Source: Candidatus Asbonarchaeum danakilense (GTDB taxonomy: Archaea; Nanohalarchaeota; Nanosalinia; Nanosalinales; Nanoanaerosalinaceae). From it: DNA of 64,000 nt. How positions within the stretch are numbered: the first letter of the stretch is position 1; each line of letters begins with the position of its first letter. The position numbers and the translations under genes are program-made. Under the pieces are notes generated by a model. It was not told the origin of the DNA. It saw nothing but the letters and a program-made list of their open reading frames with translations, and did not search any database. Of this stretch, positions 23,670 through 32,769 are shown one piece after another. The stretch covers positions 6,802 through 70,801 of the forward strand of contig JAXINV010000004.1 in NCBI GenBank assembly GCA_034190465.1, given 5' to 3'.

Positions 23670-24827
23670 TCAGGACTCATCTCCGTCGCGCCAGAGCCGG
23701 TCCGCGGTCCAGTTGTAGAGACGTGATGCCCTATTCCTGTACCGCCCCATGACCTCCCGGGTCGCATCACGGACACCAGTGCTCTCACCGGGGAGGAACG
23801 CGTTCATCTCCTCGTACGTCTCCTCGATCGCTTCAAGTGCGTCAGCATCGTCGTAGGCCTCGACATCGTCGAATTCCTCGTACCATCCGCTCTCAGCAGC
23901 GACGTCGCCGTCCTCATCGACGAGCTGGACGTTGTACGCGAAATCATCTTGGCTGTTGTATTCAAGCGTCCCAAGCCCTTGGCCGCTGTACACGACCTCA
24001 TCGTCCGTCGCCTCCGCCTGGAGGAAGCTGAGGCCGTCCTCATCGTCGATCCCGAAGTAGGCGTCATCCCCGCCAACGTAGCTCGAGGCCGCGTCGAAGT
24101 CGAAGCTGGCGACCTCCATATTCTCCAGCGGCGTCAGGAAGCCGGTATCGAAGTTGTAATACCTTTCACCCTCGTCGGTCTCCGCCTTCTTGTCGTACCG
24201 TCCGCCCACGACACGGATCTCGGCGATATCATCAACGAGCTCCTCGAGATCGGCACCGGCGATGGAAACTCCGTAATCCAGTTCTGCAGTATCGTTGGCC
24301 GGCAGGCCTGCCAGGCGCCCGAGGAAGCTGAAATCTCCCTCGTAGACGCCGTCCCCCATGATCCGGAGATCAACATCGTAGTCGGACGAGGGCGCGGCAT
24401 CCCCCGGCTCATCGACCGCCCTGTCCGATGTATCCGTCGCTCCATCCTGTCCGATATCGTCGTCGACAGGTTCAGGGCCGTACGGTTCGTCGGTCCCCCC
24501 ATCATCGTATCCCTCCCTGCCGTCCTGGCCCGAAGAAGGCCCCAGGTCAGGGTGGGCTGGGCCGGTCTCATCGTACACCGGGTCCATGATGAGCGGGCCG
24601 ACGTACTGTTCCTGTACACGGTCCCAGAACCGTTCGAGAGAGTCCAGAGAATCGCTTGCATCAAGCATATCATCGTAGAGGTCGACAGCATCCTCTGAAT
24701 CCATGTAATCACGCCTGGCCGAGTTCTTCAGGATGGAGGATCCCATCCGCAGCGCCTGGTCTATCCGCCCTCGTTCCAGTACGTCATCAATCGCTGCCAT
24801 GGGATCGACGCGGAGGTTGTCAGCCAT
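23670..24827 (-). CDS. Highly acidic hypothetical protein (385 aa)
   Basis: Long ORF with halophile-type D/E-rich composition. No motif recognised. Confidence 0.6.
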   Translation of the reverse strand: MADNLRVDPMAAIDDVLERGRIDQALRMGSSILKNSARRDYMDSEDAVDLYDDMLDASDSLDSLERFWDRVQEQYVGPLIMDPVYDETGPAHPDLGPSSGQDGREGYDDGGTDEPYGPEPVDDDIGQDGATDTSDRAVDEPGDAAPSSDYDVDLRIMGDGVYEGDFSFLGRLAGLPANDTAELDYGVSIAGADLEELVDDIAEIRVVGGRYDKKAETDEGERYYNFDTGFLTPLENMEVASFDFDAASSYVGGDDAYFGIDDEDGLSFLQAEATDDEVVYSGQGLGTLEYNSQDDFAYNVQLVDEDGDVAAESGWYEEFDDVEAYDDADALEAIEETYEEMNAFLPGESTGVRDATREVMGRYRNRASRLYNWTADRLWRDGDES

Positions 24828-24928
24828 TGTAACTACTTTATAGTGATAAATTGATATATAAAGGTTCCGGTGGAGTCGGCGGGATAAACGCTTAAAAACA
24901 TAGCGTCCTTCACTACCTGTGAGTAAAA

Positions 24929-25663
24929 ATGTCAGACGGAGCAGATGAGGAGCCGGCAGAGGTTTCGATCGACACAGAGCAAAACGCGGTAGAAGACAGC
25001 GGCGACAGCAACCCTCTCAGCGGAGCAGCCGACCGACACCAGCAGGACGTGGAACAGCTCCGCGACATGCTCGACCACGACGGCTCCGACACGCAACTGG
25101 CCGAGAAGATATACGACAGAGAGAGCGAAAAACAGGAACGGCTCTACGACGGCATGAAGGGCGTCCTGCTCAAGGAGAACATCGACGCGTTCACGACCGA
25201 CGTACTCGACGACGTCGATATCTCCGACCCCGACGAGGTCCGGCGGGCGATGGCGCTGATCGAACAGTACAGGCGGAACGTCGAATCCACCTTCGACGAG
25301 GACGTCGGCAGTCTGTTCGACGACGCGGACATCGACGACGTTGACCGGTTCCTCGGCGACGACGCAGACGGCGACTACGACACACTCGTCGCAGCGGTCG
25401 AACACCAGTACGGCGATGACGTGGCCGATGTCGTCGACCAGTACGTCGAAAAGACGTTAGCAGCAAATCAGAAAGCCGGTAGGTCATACCTAGAGTCCGA
25501 GATGGAGCTTGCCGTCGCCGAAGGAGATCAGGACTACCTTGGGCGGCTTGAGAACGCTATCACAGAAGCCCGGCAGTACTTCAACGCAGGACAGACAGAA
25601 CCTGCACGTCTGAGCGAGGGACTCCGTCAGGTCAGCGCGTCCTACGACCTGGGAACGGAATGA
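24929..25663 (+). CDS. Highly acidic hypothetical protein (244 aa)
   Basis: Long D/E-rich ORF, divergent from 23670..24827. No motif recognised. Confidence 0.6.
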   Translation: MSDGADEEPAEVSIDTEQNAVEDSGDSNPLSGAADRHQQDVEQLRDMLDHDGSDTQLAEKIYDRESEKQERLYDGMKGVLLKENIDAFTTDVLDDVDISDPDEVRRAMALIEQYRRNVESTFDEDVGSLFDDADIDDVDRFLGDDADGDYDTLVAAVEHQYGDDVADVVDQYVEKTLAANQKAGRSYLESEMELAVAEGDQDYLGRLENAITEARQYFNAGQTEPARLSEGLRQVSASYDLGTE

Positions 25664-25777
25664 TCACAGGCCGAGCGTCGCCAGCACGGCATCGATAGGA
25701 AGGATACCGTTCGCCTGGACATAAGCCCCCACGACGACCCCGGCCAGGAAGATCAGAGCGATGACCTTCGAGTTCAT
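25664..25777 (-). CDS. Possible 37-aa hydrophobic micropeptide
   Basis: Manual translation gives MNSKVIALIFLAGVVVGAYVQANGILPIDAVLATLGL. It is absent from the ORF track and supported only by the ORF and its hydrophobicity. Confidence 0.3.
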   Translation of the reverse strand: MNSKVIALIFLAGVVVGAYVQANGILPIDAVLATLGL

Positions 25778-25817
25778 GAGTTCCTAGCCACACAGCAGGT
25801 CCAGTTTCTCATGCCCG

Positions 25818-26702
25818 TCACTGGCCCTTGACCGTGACAGTCACAGAGTTGTCCTGGGCGTAGGTGTAGTTTGCCTCGGCGATGAACGTGTACGTCTTCA
25901 GCGGAGCGCTGCCCAGACCGACCTCGTCGCTTGCCAGTGTGCAGCGGACACGGTTGCCTGAGGACAGATCGACGAGACCGCTGCAGTCCTCCAGCTTCGG
26001 GCCGTTCTCCACACGGACGTTCAGCGTCACTTCAGAGCTGTTGATACTGCCCTGTCCGACGTTCTCGATCTTCACCGGGATGATGATCTCCGATCCGCCG
26101 TTGTACGGGTAGGGCGTCTCCCCGAGGAACGTGATGTGCACCGGGGCGCCGTACTGCGTGTTGGACATCTGGCTGCGCGTCCGGCCCTCCTCCTCAAACG
26201 TCTGCTGGTCCATCACAGTGAACTTCGCACGGGTGGTGGCGTTGTACTCGTAGAACGTCTGGAGACCGATAGTGTAGGTGTCCTGCTGGCCTGCACCGAG
26301 CGCCGTATCGACCGTCCGGCTGAACGTGACGCTCTGCTTGCCCTGGATGAAGTTGTTACTCTTATCGAACGCGGCAAGACTGTCAACGTGCTTCCAGTCG
26401 CCACCGGCCGCCCAGCTTGCACCGTAGAGACGGAGCTGGATGTTCTCTGCCTCGAACTGGCCGGTGTTCTTCAGGTTGGCGACGAACGTCGCCGTCTCAC
26501 CGTTAAAGTATGTATCGACGCCGGCGGAGAAATCGATCGTCAGCCCGCCCTGCGGCGTGAACTTGGTCGCTGTGTCCCCCCCATTGTCTCCCTGATCGCC
26601 CGTTGTCGGGCCGTTAAATATAGGGGATCCTTGAGGTTGCGTGCATCCAGCAAGAGCGACTGCCAGGACCAGAACAGCAGGCAAGACAAGCTTGTTGTTC
26701 AT
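25818..26702 (-). CDS. Secreted lipoprotein, beta-rich (about 294 aa)
   Basis: The ATG at 26702 gives MNNKLVLPAVLVLAVALAGC, a lipobox-type signal (LAGC). The track start at 26714 is GTG. Confidence 0.65.
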   Translation of the reverse strand: MNNKLVLPAVLVLAVALAGCTQPQGSPIFNGPTTGDQGDNGGDTATKFTPQGGLTIDFSAGVDTYFNGETATFVANLKNTGQFEAENIQLRLYGASWAAGGDWKHVDSLAAFDKSNNFIQGKQSVTFSRTVDTALGAGQQDTYTIGLQTFYEYNATTRAKFTVMDQQTFEEEGRTRSQMSNTQYGAPVHITFLGETPYPYNGGSEIIIPVKIENVGQGSINSSEVTLNVRVENGPKLEDCSGLVDLSSGNRVRCTLASDEVGLGSAPLKTYTFIAEANYTYAQDNSVTVTVKGQ

Positions 26703-26740
26703 TTTTGATAGCACCTACCTGTACCAAGCTGATCGAAAGG

Positions 26741-26755
26741 ATTATTTATAAGTTG
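26741..26755 (-). promoter_or_regulatory. Putative promoter (CAACTTATAAATAAT on the gene strand)
   Basis: AT-rich box upstream of the lipoprotein gene. It matches the recurrent motif. Confidence 0.45.
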
Positions 26756-26769
26756 CGCCACGACCTCTC

Positions 26770-27570
26770 TCAACCGAACAGCAGGTCCTTGAGCCGGGTA
26801 ACCATCGTTGCCGGGGCCTCCTCCTGTGGTTCCTGCGGCTGTTCCTCTTCCTGTTCCGGGTAATCAAGGGAGTCGATCTGCTCGATCAGTTCATCCTCAG
26901 CACCTTCAAGACGATACCAGCGCTGTCTGTAAGCCTCATCCCCGATTTCTCCACGTTCATACTGGCCTTCAAGACGCTTCTTCCGTAGCTCGACCTGCCC
27001 GAGCTGCGCCTCCAGCTCGTGCCTGCTCTCCTCAACAGAGGACTGATCCGGCTCCTGCGACTCTGGCTCCCCTGTCCTGGAAGAAGTGGGGCCATGCGCA
27101 TCGAGCCGCTGGCCGATCTCACGTTTCAGCTTGGCGGGTTGCCCCACGCCATGGAGCGTCAGCTCGGTCGAATCAGTTCCCGCAGTCTCAACATGGATGT
27201 CGCCTATACCGAACATCCGCTGATCTGCATCCTGCTCGATCGCGACCTCGATGATGTGCGTGTACATGACCGAATAGATATCCTTATTCAGCACGCCGCG
27301 CTCCTCGATGATCTTCCTCGTGGTGAAATGGTACATCGTGAAGCGGCGGCGCAGTTCAAACCAGATCAGAAGGAATCCACCAACTCCTCCTGCACCAACC
27401 GTCACCCAGTTCATCACGAACCGTGTGGTCCACGCCGCACCGACGGCGACGATCGACAGGAGAAGGGCAACCCCGTACCCGGTGATATAGTGTCTGTCGA
27501 GGCGGGACGGGTTGAGCGTCTTCTCAAGCTCCTCCCCTTCCTCAAGCAGGCGCTGGACGCTGGAAAACAT
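26770..27570 (-). CDS. Membrane protein with a bacterial PH (YdbS/YdbT-like) domain and a C-terminal SHOCT-like segment
   Basis: Two TM helices are followed by YHFTTRKIIEERGVLNKDIYSV...IGDIHVETAG, a bPH_2-like pattern. The C-terminal LEGQYERGEIGDEAYRQRWYRLEG resembles a SHOCT motif. Confidence 0.6.
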   Translation of the reverse strand: MFSSVQRLLEEGEELEKTLNPSRLDRHYITGYGVALLLSIVAVGAAWTTRFVMNWVTVGAGGVGGFLLIWFELRRRFTMYHFTTRKIIEERGVLNKDIYSVMYTHIIEVAIEQDADQRMFGIGDIHVETAGTDSTELTLHGVGQPAKLKREIGQRLDAHGPTSSRTGEPESQEPDQSSVEESRHELEAQLGQVELRKKRLEGQYERGEIGDEAYRQRWYRLEGAEDELIEQIDSLDYPEQEEEQPQEPQEEAPATMVTRLKDLLFG

Positions 27571-27657
27571 GGAAGAACGTGGGAGTCGACCTCATAAATA
27601 ACTGTCGAAACCGCAGGAAAGAAAATGGGAAAGGCCGGCTCGTACGCCGGCGGTTTT

Positions 27658-27804
27658 TTAGCATCCGGACGTTGTCATGACCCCCTGGTCGACGTTCTGC
27701 AGCTTGGCACTGCAGTCCTGGCAGAGTTCGCGGACTTTCCCGACCACCTTCTGTTTCGTCGTCTCCTCTGCTTCGACCAAAGCGCCACAGGCTTCGCATC
27801 TCAT
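27658..27804 (-). CDS. Zinc-ribbon microprotein (48 aa from the ATG; 61 aa if the TTG at 27843 is used)
   Basis: MRCEACGALVEAEE...VRELCQDCSAKLQNV has two CxxC pairs. It is paralogous to 54569..54700. Confidence 0.55.
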   Translation of the reverse strand: MRCEACGALVEAEETTKQKVVGKVRELCQDCSAKLQNVDQGVMTTSGC

Positions 27805-27857
27805 GTTTCGTTCCCCCCACAGGGTCTTCCGACCCTGGGTCAAAATACGTTCATCTC

Positions 27858-27871
27858 GTATTTATAAGTTG
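27858..27871 (-). promoter_or_regulatory. Putative promoter (CAACTTATAAATAC on the gene strand)
   Basis: AT-rich box in the divergent intergenic region between the zinc-ribbon ORF and lrp. A second box, ATATATAAC (27890-27898), lies about 30 nt upstream of the lrp ATG. Confidence 0.45.
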
Positions 27872-27923
27872 TCTTGGACGGACGTGATGGATATATAACG
27901 TTTTCCTGCACATTTGTCCATAT

Positions 27924-28397
27924 ATGTCGCTCGATGACCTTGACTTCCAAATAATTGAACAGCTGACTGAGGATGGGCGCGCTTCCCTCCGAAACATCGC
28001 CGAACAGCTCGACATCTCGCCCTCGACAGTGAGCTCGCGGATGCGGAAGTTACGACATGAGGGCGTTATCAAGGGCTTCCAACCAGTCCTCGACTACTCC
28101 CAGATGGGATTCGACCTGACAGCGGTCGTCGAGGTCGCTGTCTCCACCGATATGCTGGCCGAGAACGAGCATGAGCTGCAGGAGTTGCCGAATGTCGTAT
28201 CACTCTATGAAGTGACAGGCGATCACGACGTCGTCATGCTGTGCAAGTTCAGGGACCGGGAGGAGATGAATAGGCTCGTCAAGAACGTCCTTTCGATGCA
28301 CGGTGTCGAGAGCACCCACACACGGGTTGCCCTCACCGCCCCTATCGAGAACGAGATACCAGCCCTTGAAAAAGGTCGGGAGGAAGGCAGCGAGTAG
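27924..28397 (+). CDS. lrp: Lrp/AsnC family transcriptional regulator
   Basis: DDLDFQIIEQLTEDGRASLRNIAEQLDISPSTVSSRMRKLRHEGVIKGF is an HTH_AsnC pattern, followed by a C-terminal RAM-like domain. Confidence 0.85.
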   Translation: MSLDDLDFQIIEQLTEDGRASLRNIAEQLDISPSTVSSRMRKLRHEGVIKGFQPVLDYSQMGFDLTAVVEVAVSTDMLAENEHELQELPNVVSLYEVTGDHDVVMLCKFRDREEMNRLVKNVLSMHGVESTHTRVALTAPIENEIPALEKGREEGSE

Positions 28398-28403
28398 GGC
28401 ACG

Positions 28404-29507
28404 ATGGCAGCAGACGGCACACAGGACGACTACCGCGAACGGGTCAAAGAGCTGTTCGAACAGCAGGGCTTCACCGTCACGGCAGAAGGCGCGGGACTCC
28501 GAGCCGACCATGACGGAACCACGATCCGCCTCCTCCCCCTGGTCGACGCCACGATCGACGAGATCGAGGAACGGATCGCCGACGACCGCGACACCCGCAC
28601 CATCGTCTTCACCGACCTCGACGTCGACGAGGACGAGAAGAAAGCGCTCGAGGAGCGATGCGGTGACAACGTGGAACTCTCCCTCTTCGACCCGTACCAG
28701 GAGCAGGAAGCGCCGGACGTGCCCGACAACATGCCGTCATCGTACGAGATCATCGGCGATGTCGCGGTGCTGAACCTGGACACGATGCCCGACAACCGGG
28801 ACGAGATCGCCGATGCCGTGATACGGCAGAACCCGAACGTCGAGACAGTCCTGGCGAAGACAGGGTCGCTTTCCGGCGAGTTCCGGGTCGGTGACTACGT
28901 CCCGCTCCGCGGCGACAGGACCGAGACCGTGCACAGGGAGCACGGCTGCCGGTACCGGGTCGACCCGACGAAGGTCTACTTCTCCGAGCGGCTCGGCCAT
29001 GAACGGAAGCGCGTCGCCGACCAGGTGCGGGACGGTGAACACGTGCAGGTCTGGTTCGCCGGTGCCGGGCCGTACGCCGTGCTTTTCGCCAGGAAACACG
29101 ACGTGACCGTGGACGCGATCGAGAAGAACCCGGTCGGCTGCGACTACCTGGAGCAGAACATCGAACTGAACAGCGTGGAGGACCAGGTGACAGCCCACTG
29201 CGGCGACGTGCGTGAGGTCGTGCCAGACCTGGACGCGCCGGACCGGATCGTGATGCCGCTGCCCGGCTCCGCCGACGAGTTCCTCGACCTCGCCTTCGAC
29301 GTGGCTCCGGAGGGATGCACCGTGCATTACTACCGGTTCAGCGAAGAAGAGGACCGGTGGGAGCAGCCGATCAGCGAAATCCGTGACACAGCCGAGCGGG
29401 CCGGTGCGACGGTCAGCATCGACCGGAAAGAGGTGTGCGGCCACTATGCGCCCTACGTGGACCGCGTCTGCGTCGATTTCACGGTCACCGGAGCAAAGTT
29501 TAAATAG
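28404..29507 (+). CDS. trm5: Trm5/TYW2-family (Met-10+ like) SAM-dependent tRNA methyltransferase with an N-terminal extra domain
   Basis: Carries FAGAGPYAVLFARK (SAM-binding loop), DAIEKNP and RIVMPLPGSADEFLD motifs typical of Trm5/Taw2. Confidence 0.7.
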   Translation: MAADGTQDDYRERVKELFEQQGFTVTAEGAGLRADHDGTTIRLLPLVDATIDEIEERIADDRDTRTIVFTDLDVDEDEKKALEERCGDNVELSLFDPYQEQEAPDVPDNMPSSYEIIGDVAVLNLDTMPDNRDEIADAVIRQNPNVETVLAKTGSLSGEFRVGDYVPLRGDRTETVHREHGCRYRVDPTKVYFSERLGHERKRVADQVRDGEHVQVWFAGAGPYAVLFARKHDVTVDAIEKNPVGCDYLEQNIELNSVEDQVTAHCGDVREVVPDLDAPDRIVMPLPGSADEFLDLAFDVAPEGCTVHYYRFSEEEDRWEQPISEIRDTAERAGATVSIDRKEVCGHYAPYVDRVCVDFTVTGAKFK

Positions 29508-29537
29508 CTCCAGGGGTTGTTACTTAATGGTTAAAAT

Positions 29538-31472
29538 ATGTCGCGCGGCACCGCATCCAAGCTGTTCGTCCTCACCGCCCTCCTCTTCCTTACAACAACA
29601 CTCGTAGCAGCGACAGGGAGCCTTGAGATCGTCGTCCGGAACGAATCATCAACCGCCATCGAAGATGCACAGATCACGATCAACGATGGTGCGTTTGAAA
29701 AGGTAGCAACGACAGGGGATGAAGGCTCAGCCCTCTTCGATGGCCTTGACGCCGCCACCTACCGAGTGACGATCGAGCACGAGCAGTACTTCACCCGTGA
29801 ACTCTCCATCAACGTCGAAGATAACACAAAGACATCCAAGACAGTCATACTGGAAGAAAAAGACCTCTACGGCGATGTCCTGATTCACGCCGAGACCAAG
29901 ACCGGGGACGACATCCCTGACGTCGAGGTACGGCTTGTTGGCGAGGACAACGACTACGAAAAGATATTGCGGACTAGCAGCGGCGGATACGTCCGGTTCG
30001 AGGACGTCCCGGTCGGCGACTACACAGCCTACCTGCAGCACCCGTCGTTCACCCCGTATCAGCTCAGCGTGAACGTATACGACGGCAAGACTTCCGACTA
30101 CGAGGTCACGATGCGGACCGATAAGCTGAAAGGACAGGGACTGCAGGTCAGCAACGTCGTCCTGCCCTCCCTGCTGCGGCGGGGCGCCACGTTCCAGGCG
30201 CGGGTGTCCGTCACGAACCACATGAACGAGACAGCGAACCAGGTCCAGGTCAGCGGCTCCGTTTTCGACCAGCAGGTGCAGACCGGGCGGTTCTCCATCC
30301 CTGAAGACGAGACCGTGACCCGGACGCTCGAGTTCACGGTGCCAAAGGATGCTTCAAGTCCTGCGACAGTCCGTGTCACGGCAAGCGACTACCAGAACAG
30401 CGACACCGTCAGCATCGATGTTCCTATCAGCCAGTACCGTGTCTCGATGCGGCTGGGATCTGACACGACCTCTGTCGGCAACGCGGTCTACGTCTCCGGC
30501 AGGGTGACTGACCGGAGCGGTGGTGCGGCGAACGTCGCAGCCAACCTGTACCTCAACGAACAACTCGTGACCGGTATCACGACCGACGCGACCGGGCGGT
30601 ACAGCGCCTACGTCCGTCCGGAGTCCACCGGCATCTACAAGGTATCGCTGCGGAGCAGCAGTTTCCATGTGACGAAGAACCTGCGTGTCGTGCCAGCGCT
30701 CCAGATCACGCGGCTCGACATGCCGGCGGAGGTCAACCAGACCGCGAACGCGACGGCCTGTGCCCAGGTCGAGGTGACTGGGACCCAGTTCGTCACCGGT
30801 AAGCTCGTGTTCAACGGACGGGTGACGGCACAGAAGACCGTCAACCTTTCTGCAGGCAGTATCTGTCTCCCCGTCCCGACCCAGGCACCGGGCCAGTTCG
30901 ACGTGACGTTCGTCACAAAGACGCGCGAGGAGCGCGACACCGAGTCAGCGTCGATCACCGTCCTGCCGAAAGAAGGCGTGAAGAACCCTGGTATCACCGT
31001 TCAGGCGAACGACTCCGTCTCGCTCGACCAGTACACGAACGTGACGCTCCCTGTCGAGGTGTACAACCCGACCAATACCTCCCATAACATCACAATCCGG
31101 CTGGGCGGGCTGGCGGAAGGGATGATGCCCGGCAACGGCACCCGACTCAGCATCGGGTCGAACAGCACAGCGACGGTCAACCTGACGGTAGCGGGGGGCG
31201 ACAGCGGATCGTTCATCGCATCGGTCGACGTCGTGTACCGGAACGAGACCGTGCTCTCCCACCCCCTCACCGTCAACGTCAAGGGAGCGGTCGAAGCCCG
31301 GTTCGAGGAGCTGCTTGCACAGGCACGGACAAAGGCAACACAGCTGTTCGACAAGATGATGGACAACAAGCGGTACGTGGTCGCCGCCCTGCTCATCCTC
31401 CTGCTCCTAGTAGCGTTCTACCGGCGGTCCGGCTCCGGGACTCCGTCCTCACTCGAGCCGAAGAACGAGTGA
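29538..31472 (+). CDS. Large surface protein with carboxypeptidase-regulatory-like and CARDB-like beta-sandwich repeats and a C-terminal TM anchor (644 aa)
   Basis: Has a signal peptide, repeated modules of the form GSLEIVVRNE...ATYRVTIEHEQY and GDVLIHAETK...GDYTAYLQHPSF, and a C-terminal YVVAALLILLLLVAFYRRSG. Confidence 0.65.
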   Translation: MSRGTASKLFVLTALLFLTTTLVAATGSLEIVVRNESSTAIEDAQITINDGAFEKVATTGDEGSALFDGLDAATYRVTIEHEQYFTRELSINVEDNTKTSKTVILEEKDLYGDVLIHAETKTGDDIPDVEVRLVGEDNDYEKILRTSSGGYVRFEDVPVGDYTAYLQHPSFTPYQLSVNVYDGKTSDYEVTMRTDKLKGQGLQVSNVVLPSLLRRGATFQARVSVTNHMNETANQVQVSGSVFDQQVQTGRFSIPEDETVTRTLEFTVPKDASSPATVRVTASDYQNSDTVSIDVPISQYRVSMRLGSDTTSVGNAVYVSGRVTDRSGGAANVAANLYLNEQLVTGITTDATGRYSAYVRPESTGIYKVSLRSSSFHVTKNLRVVPALQITRLDMPAEVNQTANATACAQVEVTGTQFVTGKLVFNGRVTAQKTVNLSAGSICLPVPTQAPGQFDVTFVTKTREERDTESASITVLPKEGVKNPGITVQANDSVSLDQYTNVTLPVEVYNPTNTSHNITIRLGGLAEGMMPGNGTRLSIGSNSTATVNLTVAGGDSGSFIASVDVVYRNETVLSHPLTVNVKGAVEARFEELLAQARTKATQLFDKMMDNKRYVVAALLILLLLVAFYRRSGSGTPSSLEPKNE

Positions 31473-31493
31473 TCGACGGTAAACGGTTAAAAG

Positions 31494-32768
31494 GTGCGGC
31501 CCCATGACCCCTGCATGCAGGTCGACGCCGATCTCCACCTCCACGGCTACTACTCCGGTGGCGTCTCCGACAGAATGAAGCTGCCGGTGATGGCGGAGCA
31601 GTCAGACATCAAAGGACTCGACCTCGTCGGCACCGGCGACATCCTCAACCCGGAATGGAGGGAGCACGTCCGCGACGAGACCCGGGCGACGGGTGACGGG
31701 ATATACCGCATGGACGACCGCCGTTTCCTGCTCTCCACCGAGGTCGAGGACAAAAATCGTGTCCACCACATCCTCCTCTTTCCGCACTTCGAGGCCGTCG
31801 AGTCGGTCTATCGCGCGTTCGCCGACCACTCCAGCGACATCGACCGGGAGGGCCGGCCGCGGCTGGACTGCGGCGGCGAGGAGATCGTCAAGGTTGCGAA
31901 GGACCACGGCTGCCTCGTCGGTCCCGCACACGCATTCACACCGTACACCGCACTCTACGGCCACCACGACTCGCTCCAGGACTGCTACGGAGAACAGACC
32001 AGGAATATCGACTTCCTGGAGCTGGGGCTGTCGGCCGACACGGCGTTCGCCGACCGTATCAGCGACCACAACGACATCACATTCCTCAGCAACTCGGACG
32101 CGCACTCACCGTGGCCGCACCGGATGGGTCGGGAGTTCAACCGGCTGCAGGTGGACGAGCTCGCCTTCGACGAGGTCAGGAAGGCACTGCACCGCCACAG
32201 TGGCCGGGGCGTCGAGCTCAACGCCGGGTTCGATCCGCAGGAGGGCAAGTACCACTGCACCGCGTGCCAGGACTGCCACCAGAAATACACTCAGGAACAG
32301 GCGGAACGATTCGACTGGACGTGCCAGGACTGCGGCAAGTCGATCAAGCAGGGCGTGAAGGACAGGATCGCGGAGCTGGACGACGGCGGCGCGTCCCCCG
32401 ACTGGCGGCCGGACTACCTGCACACCGTGCCGCTGGCGGAGATCATCCAGCACGTCGTCGGGCATTCGTCGCCGACGACGAAAAAGGTGCAGTCGCTGTA
32501 CGACCGATTCCTCGACGCTTTCGACTCCGAGATCGGCATCCTCGTTGACCAGGACATCGACGAGCTGCGGGACATCAACGGCCAGGTGGCAGACGCCGTC
32601 CGGCTGTTCCGGGAGGAGAAGACTATCATGGTCCCCGGCGGTGGCGGCTCCTACGGCGAACTGATCATCCCGCGCGACGAGGACGAGCGGGAACGCATAC
32701 TGGCAAACAGGGCGGCGGAACTTGACTGCCGGTACGACAACAGCCAGCGGTCGCTGGACGACTTCTGA
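31494..32768 (+). CDS. Endonuclease Q-like PHP-domain protein
   Basis: The N-terminal DADLHLHGYYSGGVSDRMKLPVMAEQSDIKGLDLVGTGDILNPEW closely parallels the EndoQ N-terminus. There is a C-terminal CxxC...CxxC zinc ribbon (CTACQDC...CQDCG). The true start may be the ATG at 31515. Confidence 0.7.
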   Translation: MRPHDPCMQVDADLHLHGYYSGGVSDRMKLPVMAEQSDIKGLDLVGTGDILNPEWREHVRDETRATGDGIYRMDDRRFLLSTEVEDKNRVHHILLFPHFEAVESVYRAFADHSSDIDREGRPRLDCGGEEIVKVAKDHGCLVGPAHAFTPYTALYGHHDSLQDCYGEQTRNIDFLELGLSADTAFADRISDHNDITFLSNSDAHSPWPHRMGREFNRLQVDELAFDEVRKALHRHSGRGVELNAGFDPQEGKYHCTACQDCHQKYTQEQAERFDWTCQDCGKSIKQGVKDRIAELDDGGASPDWRPDYLHTVPLAEIIQHVVGHSSPTTKKVQSLYDRFLDAFDSEIGILVDQDIDELRDINGQVADAVRLFREEKTIMVPGGGGSYGELIIPRDEDERERILANRAAELDCRYDNSQRSLDDF

Positions 32769-32769
32769 G

